In this document: positions 53,309-64,000 of the stretch, in pieces
Layout: every line of letters starts with the position of its first letter
How positions within the stretch are numbered: the first letter of the stretch is position 1
Assembly: GCA_951406725.2 (NCBI GenBank)
Contig: OX597830.1
Coordinates: 10,974,001 to 11,038,000 of the forward strand
Direction of reading: 5' to 3'
From: Octopus vulgaris
Taxonomy: Eukaryota
Length of the DNA stretch: 64,000 nucleotides
Position numbers and translations under genes: made by a program
Notes under the pieces: model-generated
Databases searched by the model: none
What the model saw: the letters and a program-made list of their open reading frames with translations, nothing else
What the model was told of the DNA's origin: nothing

Positions 53309-54005
53309 GGCGGCGAGCTGGCAGAATCGTTAGCACGCCGGGCGAAATGCTTAGCCGGTATTTCGTCAGTCGTTACGTTCTGAGTTCAAATTCCGCTGAG
53401 GCCGACTTTGCCTTTCATCCTTTCGGAGTCGATTAAATAAGTACCAGTTACGCACTGGGATCGATGTAATCGACTTAATCCGTTTGTCTGTCCTTGTTTG
53501 TCCCCTCTGTGTTTAGCCCCTTGTGGGTAATAAAAAAATAGCTATTTCGCCGTCGTTACGTTCTGAGTTCAAATTCCGCCGACTTTGCCTTTCATCTTTT
53601 CGGGGTCGATTAAATAAGTACCAGTTACGTACTGGAGTCGATGTAATCGACTTAATCCGTGTGACTGTCCCTGTTTGTCCTATCTGTGTTTAGCCCCTTG
53701 TGAGTAGTAAAGAAATAGGTATTTCGTCTATCGCTACGTTCTGAGTTCAAATTCCGCCGAGGTCGACTTTGCCTTTCATCGTTTCGGGGTCGATTAAATA
53801 AGTACCAGTTACGCAATGACGTCGATGTAATCGACTTCATCCCTTTGTCTGTCCTCTCTTTGTTTAGCCCCTTGTGGGTAGTAAAAAAATAGGTATTTCG
53901 TCTGCCGTTACGTTCTGAGTTCAATTTCCGCCGACTTTGTCTTTCATCCTTTTGGGGTCAGTAAATTAAATACCAATGAAACACTGGAGTCGATGTAATC
54001 GACTC
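53308..54005 (+). mobile_element. SINE family B tandem tetramer
   Basis: One full head plus three head-truncated units of about 175-185 bp. Confidence 0.9.
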
Positions 54006-55078
54006 GTCCCATCGCATCCCCCATGCTCATGTGCTTGCATTTGCATGTGTGTGGGTGGGTGGGTGGATGCATGTTTGTGAGAGTAGGACTTATATTACTT
54101 TGTGTGGGTGTATGTGTGTACGCGTGTTCATGAGTATTAAGTTTACGTATGTGTGTGTGTATAAATATATATATATTCATATATATATACAAGTCTTTAC
54201 AATTCCCTCCCCCTCTCCCTTTCACTCCCTCGCTCCTTCTTCACCCCCTCTCTCTCTTTCCCTATTGTATTCAGAATGGTTTATTTTAGTATTGTTAACC
54301 ACTTCATTTCAAAGAAATAATTAAAACAAGTTGAATAAATTTAAATGAAAAGAAACGAGGATTTCTCATAAAACGCTCTAAAGTTTTATAGAAAATGCAT
54401 TTCTTTTCAAAGAATGTCTTTCTGCTCGCCATCTGTTGTCTGTTGAGATGGATAATGAAGTAGGAAATTTGGTCGATTTCCTTGCTGGGACAAACCTTCA
54501 CCACAAAGCAACTTTAACAAAACAACAGCAGCAACAACAACAACAATAACAAACACACGAAAATGGTTTCAAATTTTGACAAAAGGCCAACAACTTTGAG
54601 GGGAGGGGTTAGTCGATAACATCGACCCCAGGGCTCAAGTGCTACTTATTTTATCGACCTGAAGAGATGAAATGTAACACCGATGCCCGGCAGCGTTTGA
54701 ACTCAGAGCAGAGACGGACGAAATGCCGCTAAGCATTTTTTCGGCATGTTAACCGTTCTGCCAGTTCACCCTCTTAACCGGAATAAATATTAGTTTTATA
54801 TTTTTAGCACAAAGACAGCAAGTTCTGGGCCGAGGCTAAGTGCTCAACTAGAACGTACTTCATTAGCTGGTACTTATTTTATCGATCCCTAAAGGATGAA
54901 AGGTAAAGTCTACCTCGATGGAATTTGTACCTAGGATGTAATGGCGGACTAAATGCCACTAAACATTTTGCCTGGTGAGCAAATGATTCTACTGATCCGC
55001 TGCTTTCATAATCCTTTAGCTCGGTATATATATATATATGTATGTATGTGTATGTATGTATGTATGTATGTATGTATG

Positions 55079-55146
<68 letters not shown>

Positions 55147-55413
55147 ATGTAGGATAAAATTTTTTTCTAAAAAAAATTTTATCAATGGCCAGCATATTAA
55201 AAAATACCTTTAAAGGTTAAAATTATGAACAACTTATAAATAAGGGCAAACGAAAAATTTTTCTAATGCCAAATATGCCGAAAATTGGACATATTGTCCA
55301 TTACCATATAATTTTTCACAATACGCACACTACTCGAAAAAAGCCGACAGAAATTTCTAAATAATTCCATTATTACCATATCGGACCGATTTCAGGGTTA
55401 GTTGTATATATAA

Positions 55414-55479
<66 letters not shown>

Positions 55480-56075
55480 CTCGTTTTAACGTTTCAATTT
55501 CTCCCGAAAGTGTCCAATCGTTTAAGAGAGTAAATGTAAGTCTATTTCACACATAAACAACATTTTGACGTCTGATTATCCTACTACATTAATGATGAGA
55601 TCGGATTTAAATATTCTTTTGTGTTAAATGAGCCATAATATGATTAATTTCGGCAAAAACGAATGCTTTAATCAAATAGAATCATTTATAAATAATAACC
55701 AATCAAATGTCTGTAGCTTGTATAAATAAATGTTTCTGTGTTGCCTGTTGTGAGTTTATTCCTTGATGTGGCTTTTCCGTTCGTATTTGACACAAGGAGA
55801 TTCTTGTTTTCTTTGTGAATGCATCAAGGCTTTCTTAAATTTTATTTTTCTTTGTTTAATAAATTCCTCGAAAGCCGACGTAAGATATATTTAGATTTTT
55901 CGCTACTTTTCTACATAGTTTTCAAATTTGCATCTTGAGACACGAAGAATCTGAATTGCTTTTTTGAACATTTAAGCAAAGATTTCGTCCAGCCCTTTGA
56001 GAGCGAAAGTAAAGGAAGAAAGGGGAGCTTCCATTGTGAGAACATTTTCTGAAGATGTTTCAATTAATTTACAAT

Positions 56076-56238
56076 GGCGTAGGAGTGGCTGTGTGGTAAG
56101 TAGTTTGCTTACCAACCACATGGTTCCTGGTTCAGTCCTACTGCGTGGTACCTTGGGCAAGTGTCTTCTACTATAGCCGCGGGCTGACCAAAGTCTTGTG
56201 AGTGGATTTGGTAGACGGAAACTGAAAGAAGCCCGTCG

Positions 56239-56286
<48 letters not shown>

Positions 56287-56480
56287 TGTATGTGTATATA
56301 TGTTTGTGTGTCTGTGTTTGTCCCCCCAACATCGCTTGACAACCGATGCTGGTGTGTTTACATCCCCGTAACTTAGCAGTTCGGCAAAAGAGACCAATAG
56401 ACTAAATACAAGGCTTACAAAGAATAAGTCCTGGGGTCGATTTTCTCGACTAATGACTGAAACACGTAAAAGAGTAAAAA
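56076..56480 (+). mobile_element. SINE family A
   Basis: Full head and tail. Confidence 0.88.
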
Positions 56481-56868
56481 AGAATGAATTCAATTCAAAA
56501 GTTTTAAGAGGTAAAAATAGTGGGTGGATTGTGAAAACAGTAGCTGCACAAGACGTCAAGAAACAAATTAACAAACTGAAGCAACGGACAAGCACTCACG
56601 CATCCATTATCGATGTGCATTATTCTAATCAAACTTTCAAAGTGATCATTGTGAATATTAAACAGATATTTGATACCAATTACGATATAGTTTAAATTGA
56701 GCCTTTGACCAGAAGACCACCAACCTCCGCGTACCGACCTGTATTTTGGCAGCAAACATTACAGAATCAAAAGTTTATTAATGGACACAAAAGAACCACA
56801 AAAGAACTTATTCCAAAACAGATTCAAGGACCTGTCTAGCACTCAAATGAACCAGGAGTAAAATTATT

Positions 56869-56919
56869 TCTTAACTGATGAGGCAACGGAAATTGCTGAA
56901 ACTAACGTCAGTATTAAGA
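56869..56919 (+). ncRNA. Type I hammerhead ribozyme motif (putative)
   Basis: CTGATGA-GGCAA-CGGAAA-TTGCT-GAAA-C-TAAC-GTC with intact catalytic boxes; stem I TCTTAA/TTAAGA is offset by 4 nt. Confidence 0.65.
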
Positions 56920-57108
56920 ATTCTCGATTGGCACTTTTAGGACGATTATGGCCGCTGTTAATATATATGTTTTTATTCGGGTGCGTTAACTACAACATTA
57001 GAGCGGTTTAGCTCTTATTTCTAGCAATGTAGGTGTTTTGTAACACTAGTCACATGCCAATTATAATTCTCCTTTTTGGTGAAACATTGTAAACTGCTGT
57101 TTATATTA

Positions 57109-57174
<66 letters not shown>

Positions 57175-57566
57175 TATATATATATATTCTTTTATTATTT
57201 TACTTGTTTCAGGCATTTGATTTCGGCCATGCTGGAGCACCGCATTTAGTCGAGTGACTCCTGTATATTATGTATGCGTGTATTCGTGTATGCTTATATG
57301 TATGTGTGTATATATAAATGCATAGACTAGTGAAGTAACGAAATACAAACAGCTGACATTATTATTATTAGAATCGTGAGCGCACTGGACGAAATGCTTA
57401 GTGATATTTCGACCCTTGCTACATTTTGAGTTCAAATCCCGCCGAGGTCGACTTTGCCTTTCATCCTCTCGGGATTAATAAAACAAAAAACAGTTGAACA
57501 CTGGAGTCGATATAATCGACACATCCCCACCCCCAGCATGGATTCCCTTGTGGCAAAATTTGAAAC

Positions 57567-57674
<108 letters not shown>

Positions 57675-58089
57675 CATCAAATTTTTTATTATTGGCAAAA
57701 ACATTAGGACGCCGAACTAATTACTTAGTGGCACTTTGTCCCCCACTCTATTACCCTCACCATCCCTAATATATCAATGAAATGCTTGATCTCCGCTTCT
57801 TTTTTAAAGTGATGCGTCTGTTTTGTATAATTCTTCTTTCTTTGCCACGATAATCTAAAGTATTTTATCAAAAATAGCGGTTTTTGGCTCGCTTTTTATC
57901 CTCTCATCCCACCCTCTCGAAAAATATCGCCCGGAAGAGAATAGTCAATTATATCGACCCCAGTACTTCCAATGTGTAGTGAATACCTCTTGCGCAAAGG
58001 TAAACATTATTTCTTTCGAACAGCCAGACTCCGACACGAACTGGCACCCACTACTTTATTTTACGACTTTCTTACAGGGTTCCCTCCTC

Positions 58090-58310
58090 AAAATTCATCA
58101 TTATCAACTTCAACTCCGTCAACTTCATGTACGTCATCGTCAGCTTCAAATTCATTATTGTTAGTCCTGACTACGTTGTCGTCTATCTCGATTTCGTCAC
58201 CGTCAACCTCAAATTCGTCATCGTCAGCTCCAAATTCATTATCGCTAGTCTCGAGTACGTTGTCGTTTATCTTGATTTCGTCAGCACCAAATTAAATGTC
58301 GTCGCTTTAG
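58090..58310. repeat. 21-bp minisatellite with an 84-bp higher-order period
   Basis: TCATCGTCAGCT(T/C)CAAATTCATTAT at about 58134 and 58218. Confidence 0.75.
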
Positions 58311-58549
58311 AATGAAGACACATTGACGAGATTGAAGTTGATCACGTCAAATTTGAGGGGAAACCTTGTAATTATTACCGAATAATCAATATTTTTTATG
58401 CACTTCTAATCAGTAGTAATTCATTTTTACTGTCTGTCTTTTGTCAAGAAGATTGGACTTTTGTAGGTGTCTCAGATTATTCTTGTAGTTACTGTTGTAA
58501 TCCTTATTATTTCTGTAGTTATTATTTTTGATGTTGTTGTTATTATTAG

Positions 58550-58656
58550 GTTTACATATGAAGTGGCTCCTGTTTTCACCTTGATGGAAGCAGTTGTACT
58601 GGAACGGATGAGGCATATCGTGGGTTGGAAAGACGGAGATGGAATATTTTCCCCAG
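58550..58656 (+). CDS. GAD1: Glutamate decarboxylase (group II PLP decarboxylase), internal exon
   Basis: AG, 107-nt exon, GTATGT; translates [35 protein letters not shown](G) versus GAD1 [46 protein letters not shown] favour GAD over CSAD/GADL1, but orthology is not proven. Confidence 0.93.
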
Positions 58657-58715
58657 GTATGTTACCTTTAAAATTTAGACTAGAAAGTCACCTGTCAGAA
58701 GCCGGATAATGTTGT

Positions 58716-58748
<33 letters not shown>

Positions 58749-58766
58749 ATGAACGTGTACATATAC

Positions 58767-58843
<77 letters not shown>

Positions 58844-59270
58844 CATATAGATATATGTACATATACCTCTACGTGTGTGTGTATGAAAAATATATAAATA
58901 TATTTATATGAATGTATGTATATATGTATATATATATATATATATGTGTATATATATATGTATATGTATGTGTGTGTGTATATATATATGTATATATATG
59001 TATGTGTATATATGTATGTGTGTGTGTATATATATATATGTGTGTGTGTATGTATGTATATATATATATATTGTAAAACAGGAAATCTTAAATATTTTTC
59101 TCTTATTACATAGAATTTCTTGCGTGTGTTTGTATGTGTATATACATGCATGATGCATGCGTGTGTGAGGGAGAGGGTGAGAGAGAAAGAAAGAGGGAGT
59201 CAGAGAGAGAGAGAGTGAGAGTCACCATTTCTTTGTTCTGAAACCCTGTTTTATTTCCCATCACCACCAG

Positions 59271-59386
59271 GTGGAGCCATATCAAACCTTTACGGCGTCT
59301 TAACTGCCAGGCATTACGCATGTCCAGATATCAAACAGAAAGGCTTACTCGGAAAGAAACAATTGGTGCTTTTCACTTCAGAACAG
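59271..59386 (+). CDS. GAD1: Glutamate decarboxylase, next internal exon
   Basis: CAG, 116-nt exon, GTTTGT; joins the previous exon in frame; translates (G)[38 protein letters not shown] versus GAD1 [39 protein letters not shown]. Confidence 0.93.
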
Positions 59387-59732
59387 GTTTGTGCTCTTTC
59401 CTTTTGGGTTTTTCCATTCAAAGTTCAAATAATTAAGCAGATTCTGCGGTTCATTGGAGGTGTTCACAATCAGGTGAGTTACAGGGTGCCGAGACCTGTT
59501 GGCCGTTAATAACAACACAAGGAGTTTTTTCGCTATAGTAAACGACGTTGTTCATCCTCCCTCATCCTCTTCATCATCACCGTCGTCTTCATCATCATCA
59601 TCGTTGTCGTCCATCGGCATTATCAACGTCAGCATCAGCATCATGATCGCTATCGTCATTAGTTTAGCCATCATCATCATCATCCTCACTATCGTAATTA
59701 TTGTTATCGTCCTCATCATCGTCATCATCATC

Positions 59733-59764
<32 letters not shown>

Positions 59765-60040
59765 CATCATTACCATCCAGAATCTTTTGAGCGTCTGTAA
59801 AAAAATACCTACGTTCTGAATCTTTTGAGCGTCTGTAAAAAAATACCTACGTTCTGAGTTCAAATTCTGCCGAGGTCAAGTTTATCTGTCATTCTTCTGG
59901 TACCGATAAAAGGAAGTACCAGTCGCGTACTCAGGTCTATGATATCATCTAACCCTTTCTCCACAACAATTTCAGGTTTTGTAAGCAATTTTTTAATAAT
60001 AATTTTTTAATTTTTTATTTTTATTATTTATATGGGTTAT

Positions 60041-60260
60041 AAGGCGGCGAGCTGGCAGAATCGTTAGCATGCCGGACAAAATGCTTAACGTCATTTCTCC
60101 TGGGTTTACGTTCTGAGTTCAAATGCTACCAAGGTCGACTTTGCCTTTCGTTCTTTCGGGGTCGATGAAGTAAGTATCAGTTGAACATTGGACTGATATA
60201 ATCGACTAGACCTGTTTCCTCAAAATTTCAGGCCCTTTGCCTATGGTAAAAATAATTATT
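60041..60260 (+). mobile_element. SINE family B (older subfamily)
   Basis: AAGGCGGCGAGCTGGCAGAATCGTTAGC head and conserved centre. Confidence 0.8.
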
Positions 60261-60949
60261 TATAAGTGTTACTTAAAAAAGAAAAAAGAAGGTACTCCGT
60301 CGGTTACGACGACGAGTGTTCCAGTTGATCCGATCAACGGAACAGCCTGATCGTTAAATTAACGTGCAAGTGACTGAGCACTTCCACAGACACGTGTGCC
60401 CTTAACGTAGTTCTGAAGGAAATTTATGTGCTGTTAGTAAACGAGTAAACATATTATTGAATATGTGTTGGAAATGAGTTGGGAGAGGGACGGACAGAGA
60501 TATAGGTACTACCTATTTTTACCAGCTGGAGCAACGTGAGATAAAGTGTTTTACTCAAGGACACAATGCGTCGCCGAGTATTGAAACTACGACCTTATGA
60601 TCATCAGCCGAACACACTAGCCACTAAGCCACGCAGGTTACTATATGAATGACTAATACTGGTTACAAATTTTGACACCAGGTCAGCAGTTTTAGAGTGC
60701 GGAATTACTTGATTTCATTGACCCCAGTACAAGACTGGTACTTTTTTCATCGGCCCCTGGAGGAATGAAAGGCAATGTTAACGTCAGCGCAATGTAAACT
60801 TAGAGCGTAAAGAGTTCAAATCGTGCCGAGATCTCGACTTTACCTTCTATCGTTTCGGGTCTGTCGATTAAAATAACGTACAAGAGAATGAAATATTAAA
60901 CCAACAAAGAATTAAACTAACAAAGTATTGAACCAACAAATCTGTTGTT

Positions 60950-60974
60950 GTTATTATTATTATCATCATCATCA

Positions 60975-61043
<69 letters not shown>

Positions 61044-61072
61044 TCATTATTATTATTCTCATTATTATTATT

Positions 61073-61145
<73 letters not shown>

Positions 61146-61159
61146 TCATTATTATTATT

Positions 61160-61238
<79 letters not shown>

Positions 61239-61252
61239 TCATTATTATTATT

Positions 61253-61313
<61 letters not shown>

Positions 61314-61327
61314 TCATTATTATTATT

Positions 61328-61395
<68 letters not shown>

Positions 61396-61408
61396 CATCA
61401 TCATTATT
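60950..61408. repeat. (ATT)n microsatellite with periodic CTC interruptions
   Basis: Direct inspection. Confidence 0.95.
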
Positions 61409-62129
61409 GATCGAGAGAGCAGTGCATGCTATCAGAATGACACTGGGGTACAATATACGAAGCGCAGTATACCCATCATGACTACCCCTCTGAAAAGGGT
61501 ACACTAGGCACATGAATCACAACCAGGAAACTTCATACTTGCTGCTAAACAATCACACATGCTACTTAACAAACATTCATGAAACATAAAAGCAATTACA
61601 CTGTGTTAATTTTTATTTTATTTATTTATTTATTTATTTTTATGTCTTTGGTCAGTAAGTGTAATTTCCGATTTGCTTCTATCAGGAAATCAGAGGAAGT
61701 GACTACTATTGCCTTCAAAGTTTGCTTTTGTGACTTAAACACACTTAAACATCAATGTTTTGAAACTGATCTGTTTTCCATTACATTTCAAACAGATTCG
61801 TCACTGAGTTGCTGAAGCGGAAATATCGTTATAGCAAATATTCTGCTCAATACCACAGATTTTCGAGTCAGTTGTTTGACCTTAAACCACTTGAGCGTGT
61901 CCCTTAGTGGATGACAATACGTGCATCTCTAATAATAAGCAGGAATAGTGGGGGAGCATCATAGCCATGTGTTGAGAGGGATTCTTTGGTGGATTGAATA
62001 AGTGTAACAAATGCAAAGTTTGAAGGCAATATTAGCCGTTTTTCATACTTTCTAGGAACAAGCAAATAGGAACTAACAGTTACTGCTCAAGGACTAAAAT
62101 CGTGTTACACAGTGTTATACATAAGGTAC

Positions 62130-63105
62130 TAAACAAACGTACATTCTACAAAAGACGCTTACACCCTATTAGTAATTATACGTGCTACTAAAACATACAT
62201 GTAGCAAGACACACATGTATGCTACTTCAAAGCAATCATTGATGCTGTTGCTAAACAATCATACTGCTAAGCAAACATGCATACTGCTGATCAAAAATGC
62301 ATGTGGCTAGACAATCACACAGGAAACTAAACAAGTATACATGGTACTTCTGAGCAATTATACATCCTACTAAACAAATATACATGTAGTATATATATGA
62401 CACACATATATACTACTTCAAAGCAATCGTTGATGCTGCTTCTAAGCAATCATACATACTGCTAAACAAACATGTATACTGTGATCAAAAGTACATGTGG
62501 CTAGACAATCATACCGGAAACTAAACAAGCATACATGGTACTTCTGAGCAATTATACATCCTACTAAACAAATATACCTGAAGCATGACACAAATACATG
62601 CTACTTCAAAGCAATCATTGATGCTGCTTCTAAGCAATCATACATACTGCTAAACAAACATGTATACTGTGATCAAAAGTACATGTGGCTAGACAATCAC
62701 ACAGGAAACTAAACAAGCATACATAGCACTTCTGAGCAATTATACATCCTACTAAACAAATATACATGCTATCAAGCAGGTGTACACGCTACTTAGTAAT
62801 CATACATGCTGCTAAACAAACATATACGCTACTTCTAAGCAATCGTGCATGCTACTAAACTAACGTGCATGCAGCTATAAAATACATGCAACTGTTAAAG
62901 AAACAAATATACAATATATAAGCAATCGTATACGCTACTAAACAAATATTCGTGCTGCTAAAACATATATGCTAGTGTCAAACTAACGCATATTGCTACT
63001 TATAAGCAATTATACATGCTGCCAGACAAACAAGCATACGTGCTGCGTAACAAAATTACATGCTACATACAAACATACATGCTTTTAAACTAACATGCTA
63101 CTAAA
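62130..63105. repeat. Minisatellite of CATACATGCTACTAAACAA-like subunits with an approximately 190-bp higher-order unit (3 copies)
   Basis: GACAC....TACTTCAAAGCAATC.TTGATGCTG at about 62208, 62399 and 62587. Confidence 0.85.
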
Positions 63106-63107
63106 TA

Positions 63108-63420
63108 GAGGTGCAATGGCCTAGTGGTTAGGGCAGCGGACTCGTTAGCACACCGGGTAAAATGCTTAGCGGTATTTCGTCTGCCGCTACGTTCTGGGTT
63201 CAAATTCCGCCAAGGTCGACTTTGTCTTTCATTCTTTCGCGGTCGCAGGATCGCGGTTTCGATTCTCAGACCGGGCGTTGTGTGTGTTTATTGAGCGAAA
63301 ACACCTAAAAGCTCTACGAGGCTCCGGCAGGGGGTGGTGATCCCTGCTGTACTCTTTCACCACAATGGCGGTGCCCCAGCATGGCCACAGCTGAAGAGCT
63401 GAAACTGGAAAAACAAAAAA
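63108..63420 (+). mobile_element. Chimeric SINE (family C head, family B insert, A-like tail)
   Basis: Three recognisable family segments in sequence. Confidence 0.75.
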
Positions 63421-63567
63421 AAAAAAAAAAAAAAACAAACAAATAAACACACATGCTGCTTCAAAGCGATAATATATGCTACCAAACAAACAGACAGGCT
63501 GCTTAACAGCCTTCCATTCTATTAAAGAAACATACATGCAGTTAAGCAATAATATTCCACGCATCTC

Positions 63568-64000
63568 AAGGCGGCGAGCTGGCAGAATCGTTAGCACGCC
63601 GGGCGAAATGCGTAGCCGTATTTCGTCTGCCGTTACGTTCTGAGTTCAAATTCCGCCGCGGTCGATTTTGCCTTTCATCCTTTCGGGGTCGATTAAATAA
63701 GTACCAGTTACGCACTGGGGGTCGATATAATCGACTTAATCCGTTTGTCTGTCCTTGTTTGTCCTCTCTGTGTTTAGCCCCTTGTGGGTAGTAAAGAAAT
63801 AAGTATTTCATCTGTCTTTGTGTTCTGAGTTCAAATTCCACCGAGGTCGACTTTGCCTTTCACCCTTTCGGGGTCGATAAATTAAGTACGAGTTACGCAC
63901 TGGGTCGATATAATCGACTTAATCCGTTTGTCTGTCCTTGTTTGTCCCCTCTGTGTGTAGCCCCTTGTGGGTAGCAAAGAAATAAGAAACGTTAGCACAC
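63568..64000 (+). mobile_element. SINE family B multimer (runs off the window)
   Basis: Head unit, second unit joined at GAAATAAGTATTTC, third unit beginning at GAAACGTTAGCAC. Confidence 0.9.

Noticed and set aside
60868-61513. Poly-Asn, Ile, Tyr or Leu ORFs
   Set aside because: Translations of the (ATT)n microsatellite.
63655-63710. HDV-like ribozyme in the SINE B centre (GGTCGAC...GTCGATT pairing)
   Set aside because: A P1-like helix is possible, but P1.1, P4 and the catalytic C junction are missing; it is a simple hairpin.

Overview
Eukaryotic, AT-rich, microsatellite- and retroposon-saturated DNA. The repeat families look like those of an octopus or other cephalopod; this is from memory and not verified. 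Almost all ORF-track entries are translations of microsatellites or SINEs. Three real coding exons are present: a 65-nt minus-strand exon matching WWOX exon 2 (16547-16611, end of WW1 plus NLS), and two plus-strand glutamate decarboxylase exons (58550-58656, 59271-59386) with the same intron positions and phases as vertebrate GAD1. The genes point away from each other, but I found neither gene's 5' exons between them, and a 100-N scaffold gap lies at 50530-50629. The rest is mobile DNA: a full-length decayed Hsmar1-like mariner, a deleted mariner, a DD37D (maT) transposon, hAT/piggyBac/pogo-type MITEs, Helitron- and Helentron-type elements, RTE, L1/Tx1 and Penelope-like remnants, and at least three tRNA-derived SINE families. 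The most notable non-standard signals are several hammerhead-ribozyme-like motifs in (TA)n-embedded Penelope-type fragments, SINE multimers with a recurring palindromic junction, and two long fold-back palindromes. I cannot demonstrate a wholly new biological system. Repeat boundaries are approximate and were set by eye.
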